Assembly (NCBI RefSeq): GCF_006345805.1
Contig: NC_043026.1
Span: 9,858,001-9,922,000 of the forward strand
Origin: Octopus sinensis
Taxonomy: Eukaryota
Length of the DNA stretch: 64,000 nucleotides
Reading direction: 5' to 3'
Part shown: in pieces, positions 25,564 to 37,974 of the stretch
Numbering within the stretch: position 1 is the first letter of the stretch
How the letters are laid out: every line of letters begins with the position of its first letter
Position numbers and translations under genes: made by a program
Notes under the pieces: generated by a model
What the model saw: the letters and a program-made list of their open reading frames with translations, nothing else
What the model was told of the DNA's origin: nothing
Databases searched by the model: none

Positions 25564-25966
25564 AGGCGCAGGAGTGGCTGTGTGGTAAGTAGCTTGTTTA
25601 CCAACCACATGGTTCCGGGTTCAGTCCCACTGTGTGGCACCTTGGGCAAGTGTCTTCTGCTATAGCCTCGGGCCGACCAAAGCCTTATGAGTGGATTTGG
25701 TAGACGGAAACTGAAAGAAGCCTGTCGTATATATGTATATATATATGCCTTTGTGTGTCTGTGTTTGTCCCCCTAGCATTGCTTGACAACCGATGCTGGT
25801 GTGTTTATGTCCCCCGTCACTTAGCGGTTCGACAAAAGAGACCGATAGAATAAGTACTGGGCTTACAAAAGAATAAGTCCCGGGGTCGAGTTGCTTGATT
25901 AAAGGCGGTGCTCCAGCATGGCCGCAGTCAAATGACTGAAACAAGTAAAAGAGTAAAGAAAAGAGT
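25564..25966 (+). mobile_element. SINE family A, full length
   Basis: Family sequence. Confidence 0.8.
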
Positions 25967-26571
25967 ATTGTCGACTTTTCACTACACTGGAGCGGTAGTT
26001 CCGATTTCGGTTGGATCTCTTCCGTTCGTAATGCTTCCCCTTCACTACCAGCAATAATCCACTTCATCATATTGACACAGTCTAATCTTCCTTTCATCCA
26101 AAGCTCCACGGAGCAGAAGTTCAGCCGTATGGACACCCTATGGACACCGAGTCGCCAGACCTAATGATACTCCATCTCTACTATGTAGACTGGAAGCACG
26201 ACCTTTTGACCTGTGACTTCAACCAGGATATCAATCACAAGGCAACACTTCTGGCTGTCAATTCTACCATCTACTTGTATGTTGTCAATTACAGCCCTTT
26301 TAGATCTTTTCAAGTTTGGGGCTTCTTTAAAATATTTAGCTGGTGGTTGCCCCTTAACACTAGCCCCTTCTAGTCTTCCAACTCTCCTTTGTCTTTCGTA
26401 ACCTGATTACTATCCTTCTTTCTTGAAGGGTAGCCAAAACTAAGATGTCACTTCTCACCACGTCTCACACTCTCCCCTAAGTGGTGACCTTTTCCTCCCG
26501 TCCAATAACGATCAAATCGTTATTATTGTAAGGCTTATAGCGTTCCAAATAGCCATACCAATAAAATCACT

Positions 26572-26905
26572 TCATCATCATCATCGTTGTTTAGCGTCCG
26601 CTTTCCATGCTGGCATGGGTTGGACGGTGCAACTGGGGTCTGGGAAGCCAGAAAGCTGCTCAAGGCCCAGTCTGATCTGGCAATGTTTCTACGGCTGGAT
26701 GCCCTTCCAACGCCAACCACTCCGAGAGTGTAGTGGGTGCTTTTTATGTGCCACCGGCACAGGTGCCAGACGAGGCTGGCAAACGGCCACGATCGGTTGG
26801 TGCTTTTTACATGCCACCAGCATAAGACCAGTCGGGGCGGTGCTGGCAACGGCCACGTTCGGATGGTTCTCTTACGTACCACTGGCACTGGTATCACAGC
26901 TGCAA
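26572..26905 (-). mobile_element. RTE 3' UTR fragment
   Basis: Same family tail. Confidence 0.78.
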
Positions 26906-27122
26906 AAGAAAAATACTGGTATATTAAAGAATTTTCATTTTATCAAAATTATTCATTTTACAAACTCTGGAAACTGAAACTATTCTTGAAATTGTGTCTC
27001 GTATCAAAGTTTATTAAATTATCGTTAGTGAAAATAGAGGCGAGCGAGACTAAGAGATTGTTGCAAATAAAAACGTAAGATGCAGCCGGCAACAAGTTAA
27101 TAGTGGTTATTATTAAACATTA

Positions 27123-28000
27123 AAAATTTAGTTAGTTAGTTAATTTTTTGCCGCAAAAAGCATGGCCATGTAGGGGGACATGGAGTTATGTACAGGGTGG
27201 TATTCATGTAAAGAGTTCAGGCCACTTGTGGTCAAGGGAGACTTTGAACCGAGCGGTCGTCGGCATCTTCACCATCTCATCTGGCAGCTTATTCCATGGA
27301 TCTGCAACCCGGACGGAGAAAGCCCCTTTCCTTTGATTGAGATGAAATTGTCGCAGATAGAGCTTTTCGGAGTGACCCCGCAGCCGACGCTCTGGAGCAG
27401 GAGTGAAGAACAGCTCTATTGAGAGGTTACACTTTCCGCTTATGATGGTGTGAGCAAGAATGAGATCACCTCGGCGTCATCATTTTCCTAGAGAATAAAG
27501 GTCGAGCGTCTTCAGCCTTTCTTCATAAGACAAATGTTTGAGACCAAGAACCATGCGGGTAGCCAGCTTCTGGACTCTTTCGAGATGATGTATGTCTGAG
27601 GAGATAAGGAGAAGAGGCTTGAATCCCGTACTCCAATATGGGTCTTACCAGCGTGACATAGAGCGGTAGGAATATGGCTGCTGTGAGCATTCCGAATGAC
27701 CGTCGAATCAAAAACAGAACTCCGCGTGCTTTGCTGGTAGCATGGACGCACTGGACCGAAGGGGAAAAGGAGGAATCCACTAAGATACGCAGGTCCTTTA
27801 CCTGGTCGGTCCTCTCCAGCAGCAGACGACCCGGCTCAAAATCAAGTTGAGATGCAGGAGAAGAGCCAACAGGTAGATGACAGCACTTTGACATGTTCAG
27901 ACACAGGTCCCATTCGTTAGACCATCTCCAAATTTGGTGGAGGCATCGACGAAGATCCTCTATATCTCCGCGAAGAGCGACCAGTTTGACATCAAATAGC
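27123..28000 (-). mobile_element. 5'-truncated CR1-clade LINE remnant
   Basis: LLFDVKL, KDLRILVDSSFSPS, LYVTLVRPILEY motifs with frameshifts; (ACTA)n tail. Confidence 0.85.
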
Positions 28001-28298
28001 AGGGTGTGTTGCAGTGAATGCAATGAATATTTAAATTCATCAAGAATTGAACGCAGTGAATGCCATGAGGGATGTAAGTTATCTGAAGAAGGGAGTTATA
28101 GATGGAGCGATGTAAAATGTCGTGCAGGAAAGCTGTTATCAACAACTGTTGTATTTCGTTTCATGTATGGATATATTCAGACTTGTTGGTTGGTGATTTT
28201 TGACCGGCAAACCATATTTCTACGAGTAAATGAAAATAGAACTGGAAGGGCATTGTGAGCAGTGAGGAAAAACAACATCTGATCGGATGGTCAATAAC

Positions 28299-28708
28299 TA
28301 TTTCTTAACTACCCACAAGGGGCTAAACACAGAGGGGACAGACAAAGGGATAAAGTCGATTACATCGACCCCCCCAGTACGTAACTGGTACTTAATTTAT
28401 CGACCCCGAAAGGATGAAAGGCAAAGTCGACCTCGGCGGAATTTGAACTCGGAACGTAACGACAGACGAAATACGTATTTCTTTATTACCCACAAGGGGC
28501 TAAACATAAAGGGGACAAACAAGGACAGACATACGTATTAAGTCGATTACATCGACCCCAGTGCGTAACTGGTACTTAATTTATCGACCCCGAAAGGATG
28601 AAGGGCAAAGTCGACCTCGGCGGAATTTGAACTCGGAACGTAACGACAGACGAAATACGGCTAAGCATTTCGCCCGGCGTGCTAACGTTTCTGCCAGCTC
28701 GCCGCCTT
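28299..28708 (-). mobile_element. SINE family B with tandemly duplicated body, 13-bp TSD ggatggtcaataa
   Basis: TSD at 28286 and 28710. Confidence 0.82.
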
Positions 28709-28832
28709 TGGATGGTCAATAAAGTCAGATATAAATACTTATACGAACAAATACAAATATAATTAGATGCAAAATATCAAAGCGAAAAGGGATTTAAGAA
28801 GAGTTAACCTACTTTAATATTTCAGAAGAGAC

Positions 28833-29004
28833 GCGCATGCGCATTGAACGTACTTCCTACTTGATGTCGATTTAGAATTTTTCCTTTGCGCAAATTTCTC
28901 TTTCTCTGCTCTTAATACATTTATAATATTTATAAAAGTATTCCTCAACTGCCAGATACACAAATACATAACAACACCGTCCTTTCTGAAGCATTTCCGT
29001 AAGT
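28833..29004 (+). promoter_or_regulatory. ZNF unit 2 promoter cassette (perfect GCGCATGCGC palindrome; donor at 28999)
   Basis: gcgcatgcgcattgaacgtacttcc...ttccGTAAGT. Confidence 0.68.
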
Positions 29005-29515
29005 ATTAATGAAAGTATTCGATGTTTTTAATTTGGTTTTTGACACATCGATTCTGTGTCTCTTTTATGAATAAGACATGTCCATCATTTGTGCGTGATT
29101 TGGCTGCTGTTTCTGGCTACGAAAGAAACATTTATATTATGTGTGCAAGACTTGGCTGTTTCTAACCGTGGAAAGAGAGTTGTGCGGGATTTGGTTGTTA
29201 TTTCTCGCTCTGCAATCCACCTTCTTACACACTCCATCGTTGACGCATTTAATTTTTCTTTCGTTTAAGAAATACCCTGAAATTCACTCCAAACACTGAA
29301 ATATTCAGAAACCAATAATATTATTTATCAGATCTTTGTTTCTTTGTATAATTACCGATGTGTGAATTATTTCAGCAACGAAACAAAGGGAAACAAAGAA
29401 GTGGAACGGGATTAACCAGGAGAAGATGGGTGGGGGAGGGGTTCGGTCTTTTACACTTTTTATGTTTTTTCCTTCCTTTATTCCTGTAAAAATCTGTAGT
29501 TAAATAAAAAATCTC

Positions 29516-29932
29516 GGCGATCTTTCGTCTCAAGTAGACCTTTCCGTCGATTTCCGTAAAAATTTTTTTTTTTTTACATATGGGCTTGCGGGAACTTTTG
29601 AAGTAATATACATACATATACACACACACCGAGTAAAAAATTTCAGTTATCTCTCTCTTTCACACATTACTCTGTCTCTTCACACACACTAACAGAAGCA
29701 CTTCACTTACACAACATACTGTCTGTCTCCGACACCCCATCAAACACACATACATGTACATCAATGCTTGCCATGCACGGTAACTTCAAAAGAACTTCCC
29801 TCGTCATACAATCGCTTTCTCTTAGTCTCTTTCGCTCTCATTACTTCAAAAGTTCCCGCAAGCCCATATGTAAAAAAAAAAAATTTTTTTACGGAAATCG
29901 ACGGAAAGGTCTACTAGAGACGAATGATCGCC
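29516..29932. mobile_element. Same long-TIR MITE, opposite orientation, different target site
   Basis: Same TIRs; flanks share aaaaatctc. Confidence 0.82.
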
Positions 29933-30228
29933 TAAAAATCTCTATTCTATGAAAGTAAATTGCCCTTAAAAAAGTGTATTTTACGATAGAAACCGGAAGT
30001 GACGACAGTAATATACCAAAACTTCATGAAATATGTTTGATATTCAGTAAGGGTGTTTTTATGTGTACCCATTAAATTGTTAATGATTCAATCAGTTTTT
30101 TAATCCTCTTCCACATGTTCCATCCACTTTTAGAGATTGACACTTCTCTATGGAGCTGTCAGCATCCACCTCAGTTCTTAAGTTAAGTGTTTATTTGTAC
30201 AATTTATCTCAATAGAAATAAATCTGTA

Positions 30229-30485
30229 GGCGGCAAACTGGCAGAACCGTTAGCACGCCGGGCGAAATGCGTAGCCGTATGCGTAGACGTTCTGAGTTCA
30301 AATTCTGCCGAGGTCGACTTTGCCTTTCATCCTTTCGGGGTCGATAAATTAAGTACCAGTTAGGCACTGGGGTCGATAAATTAAGTACCAGTTAGGCACT
30401 GGGGTCGATCTAATCGACTTAATCCCTTTGTCTGCCCTTGTTTGTCCCCTCTGTGTTCAGCCCCTTGTGGGCAATAAAGAAATAA
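30229..30485 (+). mobile_element. SINE family B with TSD agaaataaatctgta
   Basis: Direct repeats on both sides. Confidence 0.82.
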
Positions 30486-30917
30486 GAAATAAATCTGTAT
30501 ATTTTACATAGCTTCTACATGTTACACTGTTGTTTGTCTATAATTTCAGAACATCAGATGACATTGTTTTAACAGAAGAAACATCCTCAATATCTACCAC
30601 GCTTTAAAGGCTAAAGAAAAATATCATACGAAACAGATGTGTCGGATTGTTTCTACAAATCTGTGGTCGAATTCCTGTGAAACGTTTGCTCTGAAATACT
30701 TTTATTAGCCAAATTTATGAACCTGCCTGACAGGAATGTCAAGAAGAAGAGCATGTGTGCTCATTGTAGGATAAATTTCAGGTAAATTACTGGAGAGAAA
30801 TTACAAATTACACAGGTAACACTGGACAAAGATACAGTAAAAGTGGTATTTGTAGGGAATATCGTATAAGAACAAAAGCAAGAAAAATATATAAACTGGG
30901 ATTTGAGAGGAAAAATT

Positions 30918-32504
30918 ATGGAAATGAGTGAAAAAATTGTAGAATTGATTTCCTCTGAACACATGATAAAAGGGATGACTTCATATGATTGTGATGTCTG
31001 CACAAAGTCCTTCTTTCAAGAAAGTAACCTAATTATGCATAAATATATTCATAGGAGAGAGAAACGGTATCCTTGTGATATCTGTGGTAAATCATTCTAT
31101 CGAAGTAGTCATGTTACCACGCACAAACGTACTCATACAGGAGAGAAGCCATTTCACTGTGATGTCTGTGGTAAATCATTCTCTGAAAATACAGCTTTAA
31201 TAAAACATATTCGTATTCATACAGGAGAGAAGCCATATCACTGTGATATTTGTGGTAAATCATTCTCTCAAAGCGTTCACTTAACTGGGCACAAACGTAT
31301 TCATACAGGGGAGAAACCGTATCATTGTGATATTTGTGGTAAATCATTCTCTCATAATAATGTCTTAACTAAACACAAACGTATTCATACAGGTGAGAAG
31401 CCATATCACTGTGAGGTCTGTGGTAAATCGTTTTCTGAAAGTAGTAAGTTAACTAAACACAAACGTATTCATACAGGTGAGAAACCATATCACTGTGATA
31501 TCTGCGGTAAATCATTTTCTGTAAGTAGTACATTAACTGGACACAAATCTGTTCATACAGGAGAGAAACCATATCATTGTGATATCTGTGATAGATCATT
31601 TTCTCAAAATACTAACTTAATAAGACACAAACATCTTCATACAGGGGAGAGACCATACCAATGTGATATCTGTGGTAAATCTTTTTCTCATAATAGTTAC
31701 TTAACTACACATGAACACATTCATACAGGAGAGAAACCATATCACTGTGATATTTGTGGTAAATCATTCTCTAAAACAAATTCATTAAATAGACACAAAT
31801 CTGTACATACAGGAGAGAAACTGTATCACTGTGATATCTGTGGTAAATTATTCTCTCAGAATAGTAGCTTAATGAAACACAAATATATTCATACAGGAGA
31901 GAAACCATATCAGTGTGATATTTGTGGTAAATCATTCACTCATAACAGTTACTTAACTATACATGAACGTATTCATTCAGGAGAAAAACCATATCAGTGT
32001 GATATCTGTAGTAAATCGTTCTCTGAAAGTGGTGCATTAAATAGACACAAATTTATTCATGCAGGAGAGAAACCATATCACTGTGATATCTGTGGTAAAT
32101 CATTTTCTCGAAATAGTAACTTAACGAAACACAAATATATTCATACAGGAGAGAAAGCATGGCATTGTGATATCTGTGGTAAATCATTCTCTCATAATAG
32201 TATCTTGACTATACATAAACGTAGTCATACAGGAGAGAAACCATATCACTGTGACATTTGTGGTAAATCATTCTCTGAAAATGGTACATTAACTAGACAC
32301 AAATCTATTCATACAGCAGAGAAACCGTATCACTGTGATATCTGTGGTAAATCATTCTCTCAAAATAATAGCTTAACGAAACACAAATATATTCATACAG
32401 GAGAGAAGCCATATCGTTGTGATATCTGTGGTAAATCATTCTCTCAAAGTAGTCACTTATCAAGACACAAACACACTCATACAGGACAAAGCATATCACT
32501 GTGA
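30918..32504 (+). CDS. C2H2 zinc-finger protein (ZNF unit 2), 18 fingers; two more out-of-frame fingers to 32661
   Basis: ORF starting [12 protein letters not shown]; acceptor at 30549; 2-nt deletion in the linker near 32487. Confidence 0.93.
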   Translation: MEMSEKIVELISSEHMIKGMTSYDCDVCTKSFFQESNLIMHKYIHRREKRYPCDICGKSFYRSSHVTTHKRTHTGEKPFHCDVCGKSFSENTALIKHIRIHTGEKPYHCDICGKSFSQSVHLTGHKRIHTGEKPYHCDICGKSFSHNNVLTKHKRIHTGEKPYHCEVCGKSFSESSKLTKHKRIHTGEKPYHCDICGKSFSVSSTLTGHKSVHTGEKPYHCDICDRSFSQNTNLIRHKHLHTGERPYQCDICGKSFSHNSYLTTHEHIHTGEKPYHCDICGKSFSKTNSLNRHKSVHTGEKLYHCDICGKLFSQNSSLMKHKYIHTGEKPYQCDICGKSFTHNSYLTIHERIHSGEKPYQCDICSKSFSESGALNRHKFIHAGEKPYHCDICGKSFSRNSNLTKHKYIHTGEKAWHCDICGKSFSHNSILTIHKRSHTGEKPYHCDICGKSFSENGTLTRHKSIHTAEKPYHCDICGKSFSQNNSLTKHKYIHTGEKPYRCDICGKSFSQSSHLSRHKHTHTGQSISL

Positions 32505-32984
32505 TATCTGTGGTAAATCCTTCTCTCAAAGTGGTACACTGACTAGACACATATCTGTCCATACGGCAGAGAAACTGTATCACTGTGATCTTTGTGGTGA
32601 ATCATTCTCTCAATTTTATGATTTAAAAAAACATAAACATATTCATTCAGGGGAGAAATGAAAAAGCGAGTTTCTTATTTGTTATTTATTTTTAATATTC
32701 CTCTGTTTTATGCAATGAAATTAAAGTATTTCCATAAATTTTAGATTGTCTTGGTTTTGTTTCTGTAATTTTCACCACCTTTCTTTCCATGATGTAAGGG
32801 TCTCTACATCAAAACTCTTCCTCCTACTGACAACCCTACACATTATTCTTTATTGAATATCACATCTCTAAAATTTCTGCCTATTTATTATCTTTGAAAT
32901 GCTTCTCTCATTAAATATGTTATACAGTAACAACTGTTATGACTTTTTCATTCACAGGAATATTGTAAAGTTGTTAAATATACA

Positions 32985-33356
32985 CACGAGCACCATACAA
33001 GCGTGATCGTTGACAGAGCGGCTAACTGGCTTCCGTGCCAGTGGCACATAAAAGGCACTGTTCGAGTGTGATCGTTACCAGCAATGCCTTACTGGCACCT
33101 GTGCTTTTAGCATGTGCGAAAAAAAAATATTCGAGCCAGGTCATTGCCAGTACCGCCTGACTGGCCCCCGTGCCTGTGGCATGTAAAAAGCACCCACTAC
33201 ACTCTCGAAGTGGTTGGCGTTACAAAGGGGATCCAGCTGTAGAAACACTGCCAGATCAAGACTGGAGCCTGGTGCAGCCATCTGGTTCACCAGCCCTCAG
33301 TCAAACCGTCCAATCCATGCCAGCATGCAAAGCGGACGTTAAACGATGATGATGAT
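32985..33356 (+). mobile_element. RTE-tail element (diverged subfamily)
   Basis: aaaagcacccactacactc...ggacgttaaacgatgatgat. Confidence 0.7.
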
Positions 33357-34105
33357 ATATATAGCTTACTTGGAAAAAGATGTGTGGCGTTTGATCATAT
33401 AATAATATAAACAATATATAAATATATGCATATATACGTACATATATGTGCACTACTACATATATATGTATATATGCATGCATATTTGGGTACAGGACAT
33501 AAAAAAAAAACGTAAAAATATGAGACACGAAAACAAAGACATAGAAAACAAACTTTATCTGGAACAATGAAAGAAAGAAAGAACAAACAGAGAAGCAAGA
33601 CATACAACATAAAGAAGATTCCCTTCATAAGTTGTCCCCTGTTTTATTTACTCTGCGTTCTGAAGGTAAGGATAAGACACGACTTTGTTAAAACAGTCCT
33701 TCTTGCAAAGCAAATTAAATAAAATTTGGGACTTTTTGCAGGGAGTGAAAGTGAAAGATGTAAACTGTTTGAATTTTATGACACTGCATCCTTTAAGGCC
33801 CTCATGCTTTCCGAAATCCGCCGAAACTACACCTGATTATATATACACTTTAGATGAGTTGTAGTGCACCTGAGCACTGTACACAATTATTATTATTATT
33901 ATTATTTTAAAACAGGACCGTGAGAAAAACAGTGAGGGCTGTTAAGCCAAAACGATGTGAAATGGGGAATGCTGGGAAAACGAGCTTTGAGAAGAGACAG
34001 ATACACACACACACACACACACACACACAACAAAAAGAATGCAGTTCTGATAACGGACAGGATCAACGACTTTTGAAAATGTTTTTTCAAAAATAACTAA
34101 TTTTA

Positions 34106-34510
34106 GGAGTGGCTGTGTGGTAAGTAGCTTGCTTACCAACCACATGGTTCCGGATTCAGTCCCACTGCGTGGCACCTTGGGTAAGTGTCTTCTACTATAG
34201 GCTCGGGCCAACCAAAGCCTTGTGAGTGGATTTCGTAAACAGAAACTGAAAGAAGCCCATTGTGTGTGTATATATATATATATATTTCTTTACTACCCAC
34301 AAGGGGCTAAACACAGAGGGGACAAACAAGGATAGACAAACGGATTAAGTCGATTACATCGACCCCAGTGCGTAACTGGTACTTAATTTATCGACCCCGA
34401 AAGGATGAAAGGCAAAGTCGACCTCGGCGGAATTTGAACTCAGAACGTAACAGCAGACGAAATACGGCTACGCATTTCGCCCGGCATGCTAACTTTTCTG
34501 CCAGCTCGCT
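34106..34510. mobile_element. SINE A 5' half (+) abutting SINE B (-)
   Basis: Family sequences joined at a TA tract. Confidence 0.75.
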
Positions 34511-34647
34511 GCTGTGTATATGTATGTATATATATATATATATATTATCTTCCGCCTTTCACCATGTGTACTTCGTAAACACCAGTCGTTTTTTTCTCCA
34601 TCTCCTGTTGCCCGCTTTGGGATCTTTCTTTCCTCTCTCCTTCTTTA

Positions 34648-34684
34648 TGTTTCCGACGAAGAGCTCCGTTCGAAACGTCATACC
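34648..34684 (+). ncRNA. Degenerate minimal hammerhead-like motif
   Basis: gttt-CCGACGA-a-gagc-tcc-gttc-GAAA-CG-TC-atac; U4 changed to C and stem I weak. Confidence 0.35.
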
Positions 34685-34764
34685 TTCCTGCTTCCATATT
34701 TCCTGAGCGCCTATTAATAATAATACTGTAATTGTTCCACTGTTGTTCTTTTTTGTTTTCCCGT

Positions 34765-34817
34765 TTGGATTAAAATTATATATATATATCATATATATAT
34801 TATAATATATAATAATA

Positions 34818-34868
<51 letters not shown>

Positions 34869-34871
34869 TAC

Positions 34872-34903
<32 letters not shown>

Positions 34904-35008
34904 ATATATATATATTATAGAGAACATATATATATATATATATATTATTATATATTATATATATATACATATATATATAATATATATATATATACATATA
35001 TATAATAA

Positions 35009-35052
<44 letters not shown>

Positions 35053-35315
35053 GATATATACATAGATATTATATACATATATATGTATATATATATATAT
35101 CATAATATATATATATATAGACATATTATATATATATAGATATATATCAATAATATAAAGATAAAATATATATATAATTATACATATATAATATATATAT
35201 ATCATATATATATTATATATATATACCTATACTAATATATATATATACATATATATATAATATATATATATACATATAATATATATATCTATATACATAT
35301 TATATATATATATAC

Positions 35316-35348
<33 letters not shown>

Positions 35349-35794
35349 CATAATATATACATATATATATGGTATATATATATATACATAATATAAGGTA
35401 TAGATATATATACATATATATATGTATATATATATATACATATATATATGTATATATATATATACATATTATAGTAATATATATACATATATATATGTAT
35501 ATATATATACATATATATATGTATATAATATATACATATATATATGTATATATATATATACATATCTATATGTATATATATATATACATATATATAGATA
35601 TACCTATATACATATATATATAGGTATATATTATATACATATATATATGTATATATATATACATATATATGTTATATAGTATATATATACATATATATAT
35701 GTATATGTATATACATATATATATGTATATATGTATATACATATATATATGTATATATATATATACATATATGATATACCTATATATATGTATA

Positions 35795-35829
<35 letters not shown>

Positions 35830-35870
35830 CATATATATATGTATTATATATATACATATATATATGTATA

Positions 35871-35918
<48 letters not shown>

Positions 35919-35983
35919 ACGGGAAGCTTTATGAAAATAGACAAAAGACGAAGGCAGGTGGAAACAAACGAACAATTGTATTA

Positions 35984-36016
<33 letters not shown>

Positions 36017-36069
36017 ATAATATGTGTATATATATATATGTTGTATATATATATACATATATATATATG

Positions 36070-36117
<48 letters not shown>

Positions 36118-36750
36118 TATATGTATATATATATATACATATATATGTATATATATATATACATATATATATGTATATATATATATACATATATATATGT
36201 ATATATATATACATATATATATGTTATATATATATACATATATATATGTATATATATATATATACATATATATATATGTATATATATATACATATATATA
36301 TATGTATATATATATATACATATATATATATGTATATATTATACACACATATATATATATACACATATATATATATATATACATATATATAATATATATA
36401 TATATATATATTAATACAATTGTTCGTTTGTTTTCCACCTGCCTTCGTCTTTGTCTATTTTCATAAAGCTTCCCGTTATATACATATATATATATATATA
36501 TATACACATATATATGTTATATATATACATATATATATGTATATAATATATACATATATATATGTATATATATATATACATATATATATGTATAACATAT
36601 ATACTATATATATGTATATATATATACTATATTATGTATATATATATATATATTACATATATATGTATATATATACATATGTATATATATATATACATAT
36701 AAATATGTATATATATATATACATATATATATATGTATATATATATATAC

Positions 36751-36787
<37 letters not shown>

Positions 36788-37120
36788 ATTTTAATTGATT
36801 TGCTTTTCGCAGGAAGGAAGTTTCTTCGAAGTATACGTCTCGCTTTTATCCTTCGAACGTAGAGTAGATGAAACCTTAGCGACTGAAGAAGGGGATTTTT
36901 TTCGTTGTGCTTATTGTCCTGTATCTCTTTTTTTCTTTTTTGCTTGTCCTGTTCCTTGGTTTGTGTCTATGTTTTTCGTCTCTCTATGTGTTCGACGTCT
37001 TTTTGGTGTCCTGTACACATATTGCGTGTATATGTACATGTAGAGGTAGGTACGTACATATATGTTATATATATGCATATGTTCTATTTTATTAACATAT
37101 ATATATATATATACATACAT

Positions 37121-37168
<48 letters not shown>

Positions 37169-37196
37169 AATATATATAATATATATATATATATAT
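34765..37196. repeat. Long degenerate (TA)n/(TACA) low-complexity tract with embedded short unique islands
   Basis: Directly visible. Confidence 0.95.
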
Positions 37197-37197
37197 G

Positions 37198-37314
37198 GCT
37201 TACGACCATATCATGTTGAAAGCACCGGTTCTGGTCCGACCACCGAAGTTAAGCAACATCGAGCCTAGTTAGTACTTAGATGGGTGACCGCTTGGAAGCT
37301 AGGTGCTGTAAGCA
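37198..37314 (+). rRNA. 5S rRNA: 5S rRNA-like copy (dispersed gene, pseudogene or head of a 5S-derived SINE)
   Basis: GCTTACGACCATATCATGTTGAAAGCACCGG...GAAGTTAAGC...GTTAGTACTTAGATGGGTGACCGC...GTAAGCA; terminal helix pairs; box A and box C recognisable; short deletion near the 3' end; TTTT follows. Confidence 0.85.
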
Positions 37315-37719
37315 TTCCCTTTTAACGGCGGTGCATCAGCATGGCCGTAGCTCTGAGCTGAAACTTTAAATAAAATATATATATATAATGTTTGAGTGTG
37401 TGTCCCCCAACATCGCTTGACAACCCGATGCTGGCGTGTTTACGTCCCCGTAACTTAGCGGTTCGGCAAAATTCACCGTTAGGATAAGTACAGCGATTAC
37501 AAAGATAAAGTCCTTACGTCGATTTGCTCGACTGAAGGCGGTGCTCCAGCATGGCTGCAGTGAAAATGACTGAAACCAGTAAGAGAATAAAGTAAATGAA
37601 TGGAAATTGTAGACATGCGTGTGTTGCGTAATAAATCACTGAAAGAGAATGACTCTCCCCAGACGCAATAAAAGAGTCAAGAGGAGTTAGCTACCTTTAT
37701 ATGTTTCAGGAGAGGAGAT

Positions 37720-37879
37720 ACGCATGCGCATTGAAAGTACTTGCTACATTTTGATATCCAGGTGCGTGGATTTCTCTTAATTAGTTGATAAGACATTTAT
37801 AATAGTTCTAATGAATTCCTCAACTACCAGACACACACATACATAACAACACTGTCCTCTATGAAACATTTCCGTAAGT
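37720..37879 (+). promoter_or_regulatory. ZNF unit 3 promoter cassette (donor at 37874)
   Basis: acgcatgcgcattg...ttccGTAAGT. Confidence 0.65.
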
Positions 37880-37974
37880 ATTAAACAATGAAGATCTTTC
37901 ATGCTTTTAATTCTGTAGACTTTCGGTTTTTTGGCGCATCGATTCTTTGTTTCTCTTCTGTGTTTTATGAACGA

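Noticed and set aside
34800-37268. Many YIYI-type ORFs
   Set aside because: Artefacts of TA repeats.
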